A DNA stretch of 38,299 bases. Source: an uncultured Methanosarcinales archaeon (lineage in GTDB: Archaea > Nanobdellota > Nanobdellia > Woesearchaeales > CAYSVS01). The stretch is from positions 1-38,299 of the forward strand of contig CAZPRK010000008.1 of the NCBI GenBank assembly GCA_964589485.1. Direction: 5' to 3'. Positions 1-10,816 of this stretch are shown here, piece by piece. Every line of letters starts with the position of its first letter. Within the stretch, counting starts at the first letter, position 1. Both the position numbers and the translations under genes were made by a program. The notes below the pieces were generated by a model, which was given only the letters and a program-made list of their open reading frames with translations, was not told where the DNA came from and did not search any database.

Positions 1-2330
1 CCTTGTTGACTCCAAAGTGTAAGTTGTTTTGAAATTTCAGAATCTTGATCAATTTTAGCTTCAATTTGTAATGGTCCATAAATTAATTTATCTTTTTGAA
101 ATTTATATACTATTAGTTTACCGTAATTATCTTCATCGGATCTTGCTGCCATCCATGCAATCATGTTATCTTTTTTTATTGGAGAAAAAGATGTCATTAA
201 AACAAATTCTTCTTTATTTTCATTTGGAAGTTTTATTATTATGTAATATGGTTCGACTTTAACTTTTTGTCCTACACCATAAACTTCATTTGGAATTTGC
301 CAAGCATCCTCTTTATTATAAAAAACTTTAACATCGTCCATATGATAGTTTCCATATATTTGAGTTTGTATTTTAAATAAGTCAACTGGATACCTAATGT
401 GTTTTTTTAAATTTTCAGGCATATCTTTAAAGTTTTTAAATTGTTTAGGAAATATTTTATTATAAGTTTCAATTATTGGATCTTTTATATCCATTATATA
501 ATATGTTACTGAACCATCGTAAGCATCAACCACAATTTTCATGGAATTTCTAATATAATTAATATCTCCATATTTTTCAGAATAAGGGAAATTTCCTGAA
601 TATGTATAAGCATCAACGACCCATACTAAACGTCCTCTATCTATTACTAAGTAAGGATCACTATCTAGCCCTATAAAGGGAGTAACTTTAGATACTCTTT
701 CTACAATATTTCTAGTAAACATAATTTTACTTTCTTTTGATACATCTCCTGATAATAATATTTTAATATCTGCAAATTTTATAGCCATTAATAATTTTTT
801 AAAGAAAGAATCTAATACGATTCCACCTTTTCCATCATAATTAATATATTCATTAGTGTTTCCTTTAGGATAATCAAATTCATTTGTTTTTGTATTTACT
901 AAAACAAAATTATTTTCTTTTTCACCGTAATATACTTGTGGTTGTGTAATCTTCAAGTTACTTTCATCAACTGTATATATCGGAGGAATATCTTTAATAA
1001 GATAATTCGGTAATCCTTGTTTAGTTATTTGATTTACTGGACTCATTACTACTCCAAAACCATGAGTATAAACCATGTGCAGATTAACCCATGTTTTTGC
1101 ATTTTCAGTAATTTGGTTTTGATCTAATTCTCTTGGAGATAACATTACTTGAGTGTACTTTCCATTAATATTATATCTATCGATATCAATTCCTCCTAGA
1201 TCATAATACAACCTAATTTCTTGAGTTTGTTTGTATGTTTTAGTTAATGGTCTCCAATCTAAAATTCTTACATTGTCAATTGTTTCTTTAGCTTTATCTA
1301 TACTTTCTGATGTTAATTTCATGTTAACATCAAACTTTTTTTCTTCAATTTCGTTTAAACCATATGCAATTCTTGTAAATTTAATATTATTTTCAATGTA
1401 ATTTTTTTCTAGGTTAATTTCATTAGGTGAAACCTTTAAACTTTGTACAACTCCGGGAATTACAGTTGGACCTATTATTCCAAATAATAAATATACTATT
1501 AAAGCATATACAAACAAATGTCTTTTTCTTAGTTTTGGTTCTTTGGAAATAAAAAATACCCAAATTAACATTCCAATAGCCATAATGATCGCTAAAAACA
1601 TCATAATTTTAATCATAGGTAAGTAAGCTACAACGTCTGAATATCCTGCTCCAACAACTATTCCTTGTTTTGAATACATTATAGAAAATCTAGATAAATA
1701 ATGTTTTACAGACAATAGTAAGAAAAAGATTGATATTAAAATTCCTGAATGAGTAATTGCTCTTCTTTTTGTAAATAAACTAGAATAATCAAATGATGGA
1801 GATATTAAATCATCCGGATCGTTTCTTTTGAAATCTAAATATGAACTTAAATAATCTAATATGATTAAAATAGTAGTTATGAAAAATGTATTCATTAAGA
1901 ATCCTAATATGAACTCATAGAAAGGTAGTGAAAAAATATAAAAAGATACATCTTTTGAAAAAATAGGATCAATTAAGTTAAATGAAGTTTGATTGAAAAA
2001 TTGTAAAAAGTTAAACCATTGTGAAGCAACAGTTATTCCTATAATAATAGATAATAGTCCTATTATTAATAATTTGAATTTGAAAGGAAATTTTGTTTTT
2101 CCTATTATTTTTGTTGAAAACCAAACATTAAATGAAGCAAACACGAAAAATATAATTGCGCCTATTAAAAATAATTTAATTTTTGTAAAAAGTGATATAA
2201 TTAGTATTTGTTCAAAGCCTAACGCATTAAACCATAAATAATCTATAACTAATCTAATTAATCCACTTAATGATAAAAATATTATAATTATAAGAAAAAT
2301 TAAAATATTTCTAACCCAGTCTATTATCAT
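1..2330 (-). CDS. UPF0182 family membrane protein (3' end runs off the window)
   Basis: Missing from the ORF track because no stop lies in the window. My translation from ATG 2330 gives MIIDWVRNILIFLIIIIFLSLSGLIRLVIDYLWFNALGFEQ, several TM segments, then NIKFTRIAYGL, TIDNVRILDWRPL, QEIRLYY, SPRELD, WVNLHMVYTHGFG, NYIRNSMKIVVDAYDG and DQDSEISKQLTLWSQQG, all UPF0182 motifs. Confidence 0.9.
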   Translation of the reverse strand, partial: MIIDWVRNILIFLIIIIFLSLSGLIRLVIDYLWFNALGFEQILIISLFTKIKLFLIGAIIFFVFASFNVWFSTKIIGKTKFPFKFKLLIIGLLSIIIGITVASQWFNFLQFFNQTSFNLIDPIFSKDVSFYIFSLPFYEFILGFLMNTFFITTILIILDYLSSYLDFKRNDPDDLISPSFDYSSLFTKRRAITHSGILISIFFLLLSVKHYLSRFSIMYSKQGIVVGAGYSDVVAYLPMIKIMMFLAIIMAIGMLIWVFFISKEPKLRKRHLFVYALIVYLLFGIIGPTVIPGVVQSLKVSPNEINLEKNYIENNIKFTRIAYGLNEIEEKKFDVNMKLTSESIDKAKETIDNVRILDWRPLTKTYKQTQEIRLYYDLGGIDIDRYNINGKYTQVMLSPRELDQNQITENAKTWVNLHMVYTHGFGVVMSPVNQITKQGLPNYLIKDIPPIYTVDESNLKITQPQVYYGEKENNFVLVNTKTNEFDYPKGNTNEYINYDGKGGIVLDSFFKKLLMAIKFADIKILLSGDVSKESKIMFTRNIVERVSKVTPFIGLDSDPYLVIDRGRLVWVVDAYTYSGNFPYSEKYGDINYIRNSMKIVVDAYDGSVTYYIMDIKDPIIETYNKIFPKQFKNFKDMPENLKKHIRYPVDLFKIQTQIYGNYHMDDVKVFYNKEDAWQIPNEVYGVGQKVKVEPYYIIIKLPNENKEEFVLMTSFSPIKKDNMIAWMAARSDEDNYGKLIVYKFQKDKLIYGPLQIEAKIDQDSEISKQLTLWSQQ

Positions 2331-2376
2331 AATATGTTGATATATGTAATTACTTTTAAATTATTAGGTTTTTCAG

Positions 2377-3108
2377 TCACATATTTACCCTATTATTTAA
2401 AAAAACACATTCAATATCAAATAAATCCATTAATGCTTTTACACCCATAGTTTCGGTTGCATAGTGGCCAGCAAGAATTATATTTTGTTTAGAATCTTTG
2501 GCTAAACTATAGTATTTATAAGTAGCTTCTCCTATAAGTAAACAATCAAACTTTAAAGATTCAGCAAACGCAAAACTTCCCCCTCCTGAAACAATTCCTA
2601 TAGTTTTTATTTTATTTTTTCCAAAATTAAGAACTTTACATTTAGTATCTAATTTATTATTAAGTTTTTTAACTAAATTTTGAATACTTGTTGCTTTTTT
2701 AAATTCTCCAGAATAACCTATATTTATTCTATTGTATTTTCCAAATTTATTTATTTTTTTAAGTTTTAGTAAATTACATAATTGAATATTATTTCCATAC
2801 TTCGGATGTAAATCTAATGGAAGGTGAGCAGCATAAAGGCTAATTTTATTTTCACGTAGGAATTTAACCCTTTTATAAAAAATGTTATCCCTTTTTTCTC
2901 CTTTCCATATAATTCCATGATGTACGACTAATAAATCTATTTTTTCCATTTTGGCTAACTTAAATATATCCATACATGCATCTACTGCAAAACCAATTTT
3001 ATTAATTTTAGTTGAAGCTTTGACTTGTAGCCCATTTTTAGAATAATCTTTATATTTCTTAATTTTTAATACAGTATTAAGTTTCTTACTTATTTTATTT
3101 ATGTGCAT
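2377..3108 (-). CDS. Nif3/YbgI-like dinuclear metal-centre protein
   Basis: DYSKNGLQV, VVHHG, YAAHLPLDLHP..GNN and AGHYATE motifs. Confidence 0.9.
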   Translation of the reverse strand: MHINKISKKLNTVLKIKKYKDYSKNGLQVKASTKINKIGFAVDACMDIFKLAKMEKIDLLVVHHGIIWKGEKRDNIFYKRVKFLRENKISLYAAHLPLDLHPKYGNNIQLCNLLKLKKINKFGKYNRINIGYSGEFKKATSIQNLVKKLNNKLDTKCKVLNFGKNKIKTIGIVSGGGSFAFAESLKFDCLLIGEATYKYYSLAKDSKQNIILAGHYATETMGVKALMDLFDIECVFLNNRVNM

Positions 3109-3180
3109 ATTATTATTTTTAATTTAATGATTTAAATACTTTAGTTTAATAATTTTTTTAAATGAATACTAATATAGTTA

Positions 3181-3573
3181 TTGATTATGAATATTAAAAG
3201 TTTATGTGACGTTACAGATAATTTGTATAAAAAAGAGATATTTGTAGAACCAGTACGTGTTTTACATGAAGTAGGAATGAATGAAAATTCACAGAATTTG
3301 AATAAATTCATAACTGAATATTATAAATTGTTAAGAGTTAAAGAGTATGCAAAATCACAAATCCTTTTACCAAAAGAAAGTGAATATTTTCCAATAATAG
3401 GGGGAATGATAGGCGCAACTGGCGGGGCTGATTTATCTTTGGCAGGGCTTTCAATTGGTTTAGGTTTAGAAGTAGCTTATAATTTTTTTTGTATTGGTGT
3501 TTCTAAGTTTGTAGAATTTAAATTTATTGAAGAAAAAAAAGAGTTAATCAAATATTATTCAAATAAAATTTAA
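3181..3573 (+). CDS. hypothetical protein with a Gly-rich hydrophobic segment
   Basis: 130-aa ORF filling the intergenic space; IIGGMIGATGG...LAGLSIGLGL looks like a membrane/glycine-zipper segment. Confidence 0.6.
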   Translation: MIMNIKSLCDVTDNLYKKEIFVEPVRVLHEVGMNENSQNLNKFITEYYKLLRVKEYAKSQILLPKESEYFPIIGGMIGATGGADLSLAGLSIGLGLEVAYNFFCIGVSKFVEFKFIEEKKELIKYYSNKI

Positions 3574-3574
3574 T

Positions 3575-3958
3575 CTATGAAGTCATATGAAATATTTTTT
3601 TTAAATATCTTCCAATTGTATTTTGAGAATATTGTTGTTCAATAAATATGGCAATTTGTTCATTATTTTCTCCTAATTCTAAAAATGTAGGATATTTCTT
3701 TATTAAACTTTTTACGGTTGGTTTAGAACAAATCCATCCATCTGTTTTTAATGTATTTTCTCCCTTAAACGGTTTAAAATTACTTAAGGTTCCTATTTTC
3801 TCATAGTTTTTGTCCCTTCTAACGGATGTATAGTTTGGGCGTATTGGGTTTAAATTTAAACCTAAAAGCTCAGATGTCTCACTTTGAGTCACTAAAAATA
3901 GAAGACCGTTGTGATCTTGAATTATAATAGATCCAGCCATATCTTCTAATTTTTTCAT
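3575..3958 (-). CDS. hypothetical protein
   Basis: 127-aa ORF whose start overlaps the stop of the upstream AAA gene (ATGA). Confidence 0.65.
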   Translation of the reverse strand: MKKLEDMAGSIIIQDHNGLLFLVTQSETSELLGLNLNPIRPNYTSVRRDKNYEKIGTLSNFKPFKGENTLKTDGWICSKPTVKSLIKKYPTFLELGENNEQIAIFIEQQYSQNTIGRYLKKIFHMTS

Positions 3959-4974
3959 GTTTCTACACTCTCATGTCTTAGTCTAGGTGATAAAACCCAA
4001 TTTTTATGCTTTCCTTCTTTATGAGAGAATATGATTGCATTATTTTTTCTAAGTGTATGAATTATTTTACTTGCATTTGATTTGTTAATTTTTAATGCAG
4101 TTGCTAATTTTAAAGTATCAAAACTTCCTAAATCTCTCATTACAACAATAGTTTCTTGCATTTTTTCTGAGCTTAATATTTCTTGGAATGGACTAATTTC
4201 TTGATCAATCATTTTAATTCCCATTGTTGATAATATATTAAATACTTGATTTTTGTTTATTTTATCTTCTCCAAATAATGGGTTTTCTTCAAATTTGTCT
4301 AAATAAAGAAAAACATGGCTTAACATATCTAATAAACTTCTAACGCTTCCTCCCGATGAACTAATAATTAAGTCAAGTGCATCATGTTCAAACCTTTTAG
4401 AATAATCTATTTCATTTATTGTAAGTCTATTGCTAATTACTTCTTTTAATTGTAACCTAGAGAGTTTTTTCATTCTTAATGATTTATTTCCAACTCTATC
4501 TTTAAAACTTCCAGAAAAATTTGTTTGTAATTTAGGTTGAATTTGGGATATTACTACACTATGTACACCATAATCATCATCACCTTTAGTATTCCATAAC
4601 CCTTTTACTGTTTCTGTAACATATCTACTTAATTCATGGCTTTCATCTAAAAGAATTACATAATTTCTTGGTTTTCTTCTTATTAATTTATCAAAAAAAT
4701 TTCTTCCACTATCTAAATCTTTTTCTAAGTCATGTTCAGGTTTTATTCTATCCCCGCTAATAAAAATAAATTTATATTCCTGTAAATCTTCTTTTTGTTT
4801 AACTCTTTCGAGCATACTAGTTTTACCGCTTCCTGTAAAACCATAAATCATACAAATTTGTCCAGATTTAATGTAATTGAATAAACTTTCTTCAATATCG
4901 TCTACTCCAACTAAATTAGAATTACTTCTTACATCTAATGGGTTTTCTGTAAACCCTAATTTCTCATACCACAT
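3955..4974 (-). CDS. AAA+ family ATPase with C-terminal winged HTH
   Basis: Walker A GFTGSGKT, Walker B ILLDESH, C-terminal TLKLATALKINKSNASKIIHTL. Likely start MWYEKLGF at 4974. Confidence 0.8.
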   Translation of the reverse strand: MWYEKLGFTENPLDVRSNSNLVGVDDIEESLFNYIKSGQICMIYGFTGSGKTSMLERVKQKEDLQEYKFIFISGDRIKPEHDLEKDLDSGRNFFDKLIRRKPRNYVILLDESHELSRYVTETVKGLWNTKGDDDYGVHSVVISQIQPKLQTNFSGSFKDRVGNKSLRMKKLSRLQLKEVISNRLTINEIDYSKRFEHDALDLIISSSGGSVRSLLDMLSHVFLYLDKFEENPLFGEDKINKNQVFNILSTMGIKMIDQEISPFQEILSSEKMQETIVVMRDLGSFDTLKLATALKINKSNASKIIHTLRKNNAIIFSHKEGKHKNWVLSPRLRHESVET

Positions 4975-5015
4975 AAAAAATAAGAAATACATAACTGGTT
5001 TTAATATTTTGTTAT

Positions 5016-7535
5016 TTATCCATAATAACTTGGTTTTTCAGAATCCATTTGTTTTGCTTTTGCACTTGAAAACTGGTTTTGTAAATTTTTATATGCTTCA
5101 TTAATTTCTTTAGTTAAACTAGGTGGTGTTTTTTCTATTGCATCTTCAAAATTTTCTAATGTAACTTCTTTAGCTTTAAGGTTTTTTCTCAATGCAAGCA
5201 TGGCAGCTTCTCTACATAATGATTGAATGTCTGCGCCAGAATATCCTTCAGCTTTTTGAGCTAATTTTTTTAAATTTACATCTTTTGCAAGAGGCATACC
5301 TTTTGTATGAACTTCAAAGACTCTTTCTCTTGTTTCTTTGCTAGGTGCTTCTACTAAAATAATTCTATCGAATCTTCCAGGTCTTAATAATGCTGTATCT
5401 AACATATCTGGTCTGTTTGTTGCTGCAATAACAACTACATCATTTAATTCTTCTAAACCGTCCATTTCTGTTAAAAGTTGATTTACAACTCTTTGAGTAA
5501 CATGACTATCTGTTGATAAAGATCTAGCTGGAGCAATACTATCGATTTCATCAAAGAATACTATTGTTGGAGCAGTTTGTCTAGCTTTTTTGAAAACTTC
5601 TCTAACTGCTTTTTCGCTTTCACCAACCCATTTTGATAATACTTCTGGACCTTTTACTAAAATAAAGTTAGCATTACTTTCATTTGCAACAGCTTTTGCA
5701 AGTAAAGTCTTTCCTGTTCCAGGTGCACCATATAATAATATTCCTCTTGGAGGTTGGATATTTAATCTTGTAAAAACTTCAGGTTGAAGTAATGGCCATT
5801 CTACGGCTTCTTTTAATTCTTGTTTAACTTCATTTAAGCCGCCAATGTCATCCCATTCGATTTCAGGAGCTTCTATGAATACTTCTCTCATTGCACTAGG
5901 TCTAACAACTTTAAGTGCTTCTTTAAAATCTAATTGATTAATTATAAGTTTTTCAAGAAATTCTTGTGGTAAACTATTTTCATTATCTTTAATTTTTAAT
6001 TCAGGCATTACTGTTCTTAACCTAACCATTGCAGCTTCTTTAGCTAAAGAACTTAAATCTGCTCCTACAAACCCATATGTAATCTCTGCTAGTTTATCTA
6101 ACATTGAATTTTTCATAAATGAAACTATTTGTTTTTGAGCTTCATCTGTGAAATCTTTAGCTGATTTGTTAAATTCTTTATCATTTTCTATTTTATTTAA
6201 TTTTGACTCTATTTCCAAATAGTTTATTTTTTTCTTCTCTAAATCTTCAGCTTCAATATTTCCTGATTTGATATAATTATCTAGTTCAGTTATAGATTGT
6301 TTTAACTCGTGTTTAACTTCAACTAATTCTAAATATGGTTTGATTGGCATATTTCTTGTGTGAATTTTTAATATGTTTAACCTTCCTTCTTTTCCAGGGG
6401 GACTAATTTCTAATTCTCTATCAAACCTTCCAGGTCTTCTTAATGCTGGGTCTATAGAGTTAGGAATATTTGTTGCAGCAATTACAACTACTTTTCCTCT
6501 TGATTTTAATCCATCCATTAAAGCAAGTAATTGAGCAACTACTCTTCTTTCAACTTCTCCCTTTAATTCTTCTCTCTTTGGTGCAATTGCATCTATTTCA
6601 TCTATAAAAATAATAGATGGTGAATTTTTTTCTGCTTCTTCGAATATTTTTCTTAAGTTAGCTTCACTTTCTCCATAGAATTTAGACATTATTTCAGGTC
6701 CATTTATGACTGTAAAGTTGGCATGAGTTTCATTAGCTACAGCTTTTGCAAGCAAGGTTTTTCCAGTTCCAGGGTGACCATGTAATAAAACACCTTTTGG
6801 AGGTTCAATTCCAAGAGTTTCAAATACTTCAGGATGTTTTAATGGAAGTTCAATCATCTCTCTTATTTTTTTAATTTCTTCGTCCAATCCTCCAATATCT
6901 TCATATGTAACTTCGAGAATTTTTTCATCATTAACTTCCATTGCTTCTGGGTTAATTACAATTTCAGTTAAACCCGTTATAGCTACAGCTTGTTTTGGAG
7001 AAACATCGGCTACAATGAATTTAATGTCACCAAATCCAAAACCAACCATACTTTCATCTAACATATCAAAAATTTCATTAAAAAAAGGACTATGACTCAT
7101 TGTAGATTTTCTTCTTTTTGTGCCACCTAAAGAAACAATATCTCCTTTAACAACAACTCTTCCTAATAATCCTTGTCTGAATGTTTCAGGTCTAGCTCTA
7201 ATTATAATTCCTTTTTGAGAAGGTGCAATAATGACTTTTTTAGCTTCTTTTACTTCTATTTTTCTAATCTTAACAATTTCTCCAATTCCTGATTTAGAGT
7301 TTCGTCTTACAATTCCATCCATTCTTATTAAATTTAAACCAATATCTCCAGGGTAAGCTCTATCTGCTATTGCAACAGTTTTTCTTTCGCCTTCTATTTC
7401 AACAAAATCACCTGGTCTGATATTAAGTTCATTCATGAAAGATGTATCTATTCTAACTATTCCTTTATTTACATCATCTTGTACAGCTTCATGAACTTTT
7501 AACTTAATTTCTTGATTATCTTCCAAGCACTTCAC
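5016..7535 (-). CDS. cdc48: CDC48/VCP-family AAA ATPase
   Basis: N-domain ([22 protein letters not shown]) plus two AAA cassettes ([20 protein letters not shown] and [20 protein letters not shown]). The true start may be TTG at 7526, after GGGTGA. Confidence 0.95.
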   Translation of the reverse strand: MKCLEDNQEIKLKVHEAVQDDVNKGIVRIDTSFMNELNIRPGDFVEIEGERKTVAIADRAYPGDIGLNLIRMDGIVRRNSKSGIGEIVKIRKIEVKEAKKVIIAPSQKGIIIRARPETFRQGLLGRVVVKGDIVSLGGTKRRKSTMSHSPFFNEIFDMLDESMVGFGFGDIKFIVADVSPKQAVAITGLTEIVINPEAMEVNDEKILEVTYEDIGGLDEEIKKIREMIELPLKHPEVFETLGIEPPKGVLLHGHPGTGKTLLAKAVANETHANFTVINGPEIMSKFYGESEANLRKIFEEAEKNSPSIIFIDEIDAIAPKREELKGEVERRVVAQLLALMDGLKSRGKVVVIAATNIPNSIDPALRRPGRFDRELEISPPGKEGRLNILKIHTRNMPIKPYLELVEVKHELKQSITELDNYIKSGNIEAEDLEKKKINYLEIESKLNKIENDKEFNKSAKDFTDEAQKQIVSFMKNSMLDKLAEITYGFVGADLSSLAKEAAMVRLRTVMPELKIKDNENSLPQEFLEKLIINQLDFKEALKVVRPSAMREVFIEAPEIEWDDIGGLNEVKQELKEAVEWPLLQPEVFTRLNIQPPRGILLYGAPGTGKTLLAKAVANESNANFILVKGPEVLSKWVGESEKAVREVFKKARQTAPTIVFFDEIDSIAPARSLSTDSHVTQRVVNQLLTEMDGLEELNDVVVIAATNRPDMLDTALLRPGRFDRIILVEAPSKETRERVFEVHTKGMPLAKDVNLKKLAQKAEGYSGADIQSLCREAAMLALRKNLKAKEVTLENFEDAIEKTPPSLTKEINEAYKNLQNQFSSAKAKQMDSEKPSYYG

Positions 7536-7975
7536 CCTATATAGCTTTGACTTTCTTTTTCTACATTAATTTTAGGAAGAGGAATAGGTGGAGGTAAGTT
7601 AAAATCTTGACTTATATTTAAAGCGTCGATATTACTTCTTGTTAAAATTACATTTAGAACTTCTTCCATTACAACTCTTGGTAATTTTTTATCTTTATTC
7701 CATTGTTTAAGGTAAGTTTTCATTTTAGTTGAATCATCATGGAAAATAATTTCACCTATAATTTTAATAAATGCATTAATTACATCTTTACTTTGAGAAT
7801 AATTAGTGCTAAACTCAAAAACAATTCTTAAAACATCTTGTTTTTCTTTACCCATTGTGACTTTAGCTTCATTAACTTCTTTGATTGAAACATTATTTGA
7901 AATATTAACTTTTCCGCTTAAAGCTTTAACCAATTCTACATGTTGTTTTATCTTATTAAATCCTAATATTGCCAT
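7532..7975 (-). CDS. uncharacterised archaeal protein directly upstream of cdc48
   Basis: 147-aa ORF overlapping the cdc48 start region, with C-terminal NLPPPIPLP and a GGTGA RBS upstream. Confidence 0.75.
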   Translation of the reverse strand: MAILGFNKIKQHVELVKALSGKVNISNNVSIKEVNEAKVTMGKEKQDVLRIVFEFSTNYSQSKDVINAFIKIIGEIIFHDDSTKMKTYLKQWNKDKKLPRVVMEEVLNVILTRSNIDALNISQDFNLPPPIPLPKINVEKESQSYIG

Positions 7976-8074
7976 TTAAATTCACCAATTTTCGCAAAAG
8001 TTATTTAGTATATAAAGCTTTGTGGGCTATAAACACAAAATATTATAAACATTTCGTATATGTATATTTTTGAT

Positions 8075-8830
8075 ATGATTGTAGATGTACACGCTCATTT
8101 GGAACATGAATTATTTGAAAAAGATTTAGATTTAGTTATTGAAAGAGCAAAAGAAAAAGGAGTGAATGTAATTATAACAAATGGAACAAGTCCAAGTACA
8201 AATAAAGTTAGCCTTAAATTAAGTAAAAAATACGATATAGTAAAATGTTCCATGGGGCTTTATCCAATTGATGCTTCTGAAACGCAAGAATATAGTGAAA
8301 GTGATGTAGATAATGAAATTGATTTTATAAAAAATAATTCTAAACATGTATTTGCTATAGGTGAAGTTGGTTTAGATAAAAAATATGGTAAGGATTTAGA
8401 GTTACAAAAAAACATTTTTGAAAAAATGTGTATTTTAGCAAAAGAATTGGATGTTCCTATTATAGTTCATTCTAGAAATGCAGAACTTGAATGTATTGAA
8501 TTTCTTGAAAAGAATAAAATGGAAAAAGTAGTTATGCATTGTTTTGGTGGAAAGAAAGGATTAGTAAAACGGATTTTAGAAAATAATTGGTACATTAGTA
8601 TTCCTGTAAACTGTGTAAGAAGTAAACATTTTCAAAATATTATTTCTTTAGCCAATATAAGTCAATTATTAACTGAAACAGATGCACCTTATCTGGGAAA
8701 TGATCCTGAAAAAAGAAATGAACCTTCTAATATTACTTATACAATAAAAAAAATATCAGAAATTAAAGGCATAACTGAGCAAGAAGTCGAAAAATTAATT
8801 TATTTAAACTTTCAAAGATTATTTTTATAG
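8075..8830 (+). CDS. tatD: TatD family hydrolase/DNase
   Basis: DVHAH, AIGEVGLD, IVHSRNA, VMHCF and LTETDAPYL motifs. Start refined to MIVDVHAH. Confidence 0.93.
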   Translation: MIVDVHAHLEHELFEKDLDLVIERAKEKGVNVIITNGTSPSTNKVSLKLSKKYDIVKCSMGLYPIDASETQEYSESDVDNEIDFIKNNSKHVFAIGEVGLDKKYGKDLELQKNIFEKMCILAKELDVPIIVHSRNAELECIEFLEKNKMEKVVMHCFGGKKGLVKRILENNWYISIPVNCVRSKHFQNIISLANISQLLTETDAPYLGNDPEKRNEPSNITYTIKKISEIKGITEQEVEKLIYLNFQRLFL

Positions 8831-8831
8831 A

Positions 8832-8843
8832 AAACTTTATATA
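8832..8843 (+). promoter_or_regulatory. putative BRE/TATA promoter
   Basis: AAACTTTATATA ends ~23 nt before ATG 8866, consistent with a leaderless archaeal transcript. Confidence 0.45.
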
Positions 8844-8865
8844 TCATTCTTTTGATAATTATTTT

Positions 8866-9429
8866 ATGAAAAAATTGTTATTTTTATTTTTAACATTATT
8901 AATTCTGGGTTGTACTAACAATTATGTTGATGTAGATAAATTTGATCCACCTATTGAAGAAATTCAAAGTAAACAAATAACTATTAATGATTATTTTGGT
9001 AAAGAAATTAAAACATATACTCATAACATTATTGATCAGAATATAAATTGTATTTCTGGAGAATGTCCTGAAGCTGAAAAGGAAAGTGTTGGTTTACAAG
9101 AGGAAAGAGATTGTTATTTTTGTTCAAGCGTGAAAATTAAAGGTGATTTGTATAGTTTTTATGTTGATATTGCAGGTGGAAGTGTGAATTCATTGGCAGG
9201 GTGTACAATTAGAAGTGATGGACCTTTTATTAAAGGAATGGATATTAAATTAAAAGCACCTGATAAATTATTAATAGAAGGTGATATGACTTGGAAGAGA
9301 AGTCAAATTAGTAATTTATGTGATGAAGCGAAAGATCCAGAGTGTGATGATAATATTTATGGAACATGTTCAACTTTAGATTATGAGTTAGAGTATGTAG
9401 AAACAGTTCAATTTGAAATAAAGAGGTGA
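8866..9429 (+). CDS. Cys-containing lipoprotein, unknown function
   Basis: MKK-hydrophobic-LILGC lipobox and 8 further Cys. Confidence 0.7.
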   Translation: MKKLLFLFLTLLILGCTNNYVDVDKFDPPIEEIQSKQITINDYFGKEIKTYTHNIIDQNINCISGECPEAEKESVGLQEERDCYFCSSVKIKGDLYSFYVDIAGGSVNSLAGCTIRSDGPFIKGMDIKLKAPDKLLIEGDMTWKRSQISNLCDEAKDPECDDNIYGTCSTLDYELEYVETVQFEIKR

Positions 9430-9434
9430 TTTGT

Positions 9435-9665
9435 ATGAAAAGAATTTTAATTGTTTTATTTGCAATGCTGTTAATTATGGGATGTTCTGGTGATGTAGAT
9501 TCTTCTGAAATAGAATCAGATACAGGAAGTGAGTTTGAACCGCAAGACGATTCAGGTGAAGAACTACCTTTAGATGAAGAGTTTGAATTAGAAGAAGGTT
9601 TAGATGAAGATATACCTAATCCAGATGAAATTGAAGATGAATTAGGTCAATTAGAGGATGGTTAA
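9435..9665 (+). CDS. small, highly acidic lipoprotein
   Basis: GAGGTGA RBS, MKRILIVLFAMLLIMGC lipobox, D/E-rich tail. Confidence 0.7.
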   Translation: MKRILIVLFAMLLIMGCSGDVDSSEIESDTGSEFEPQDDSGEELPLDEEFELEEGLDEDIPNPDEIEDELGQLEDG

Positions 9666-9821
9666 ATGACTGATAGAAAACAACATGAAAAATTTATTGA
9701 AGAAATGTTAAAGAAAGCAGAAGAAACAGGTGAAGCAAAGCCTTCAACTAATTTAGATGTTGATGAAAAGGAAGTTCAGGAAAATATGAAAAAGATATTA
9801 GAAAAATTTCAGCAAGGTTGA
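9666..9821 (+). CDS. 51-aa hypothetical protein (below the ORF-track cut-off)
   Basis: ATG directly follows the previous TAA: MTDRKQHEKFIEEMLKKAEETGEAKPSTNLDVDEKEVQENMKKILEKFQQG*. Confidence 0.6.
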   Translation: MTDRKQHEKFIEEMLKKAEETGEAKPSTNLDVDEKEVQENMKKILEKFQQG

Positions 9822-10195
9822 ATACTTTCAGCTATTGCTTTTAATCCTTTTTTTAGTGTACTTTGATCTGCAATTTTAGAATGTATGTAAGGTTTAATAA
9901 TCCATTTTTGATCTGTTTCTGGATTAACAAAATAAATAATTATATTTTCATTTTTTTTTAATTGTGTCCATTTTTTAATTACTTGATCTAAATTATTTTT
10001 ATTATTCATAAAAACTATTCCGATGTTTTTATTTAAATCAAGGTTTTCTAAGTTTGGTTCAACTATGAATTCTTTTGAATAATTTCCATATTCTATAATT
10101 ATAGAATTATCTTTATCACTAATTTTTTTAATTTCATTATTAATCATATCTTTATTTTCTAAATATGTTTTTATCCAAAGTTTAAGTTTATCCAT
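9809..10195 (-). CDS. hypothetical protein
   Basis: 128-aa ORF overlapping the kinase gene end; YFVNP..QKWIIKPYIH..IAD...LKKGL motif. Confidence 0.7.
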   Translation of the reverse strand: MDKLKLWIKTYLENKDMINNEIKKISDKDNSIIIEYGNYSKEFIVEPNLENLDLNKNIGIVFMNNKNNLDQVIKKWTQLKKNENIIIYFVNPETDQKWIIKPYIHSKIADQSTLKKGLKAIAESIQPC

Positions 10196-10719
10196 TTTTC
10201 AACCTTTTTCTTTAAACTATCTAGAGAATTGTTATTATCAAACTTATAATCTGACATTTCAATACATTTTTTTAAATTTTGTTTACTTGGATCTTTATTA
10301 TTAAATTCTTTTTTTTCATCTTCTTTAAATTTATCAAAACTTATCTTATCAGTCTCACTACCTCTTTTGGTTATTCGTTCAAACCTAAGATGTTGTTCGG
10401 CATCAACTGCAATAAGTGTAAATTTTCCTTTTTGTTTTAAAGCTTCAATTTCTCCAGGAGTTCTTATACTTTCAATAATAATTTTATCTCCTTTTGCTTT
10501 GTTATATAAACTTTCTACTATGTAACTAGGTGACTTTGTTTTTCTTAAGTCATTGGCAACTATAACCATATTATCTCTGTTTATTTCTAAATCTCTTTTT
10601 TTTATTTCAGTAATAATAAAATCTCTTACAGAATAATCTTTAAAACCATGTTTAATTAAATGGTTGACTATTGTACTTTTGCCTGCTCCTAATGTTCCAG
10701 TAATTCCGATTACTTCCAT
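10171..10719 (-). CDS. P-loop kinase (dephospho-CoA/nucleoside-monophosphate kinase-like)
   Basis: IGITGTLGAGKST P-loop, IIIESIR...E and RFERITKRG lid. Confidence 0.8.
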   Translation of the reverse strand: MEVIGITGTLGAGKSTIVNHLIKHGFKDYSVRDFIITEIKKRDLEINRDNMVIVANDLRKTKSPSYIVESLYNKAKGDKIIIESIRTPGEIEALKQKGKFTLIAVDAEQHLRFERITKRGSETDKISFDKFKEDEKKEFNNKDPSKQNLKKCIEMSDYKFDNNNSLDSLKKKVEKWINLNFG

Positions 10720-10816
10720 ATTACATTGAATTTTGAAACCTATTTATAAATATTATCACAATGCAATATAAAACTATTTAAAGGATCAATAAATCTTATT
10801 TTTATTGGGGATTTAA

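Noticed and set aside
71..2241. Plus-strand ORFs 71-262 and 1993-2241
   Set aside because: They are antisense shadows of the long minus-strand UPF0182 gene.
2377..3108. Nif3 protein as GTP cyclohydrolase I feeding the folate genes
   Set aside because: That annotation for the family is disputed, and the gene is 7 kb from the folate cluster.
8019..8039. TTTGTG-N9-CACAAA inverted repeat in the cdc48-operon/tatD divergent promoter
   Set aside because: The arms are only 6 bp in very AT-rich DNA, so it is not distinguishable from chance.
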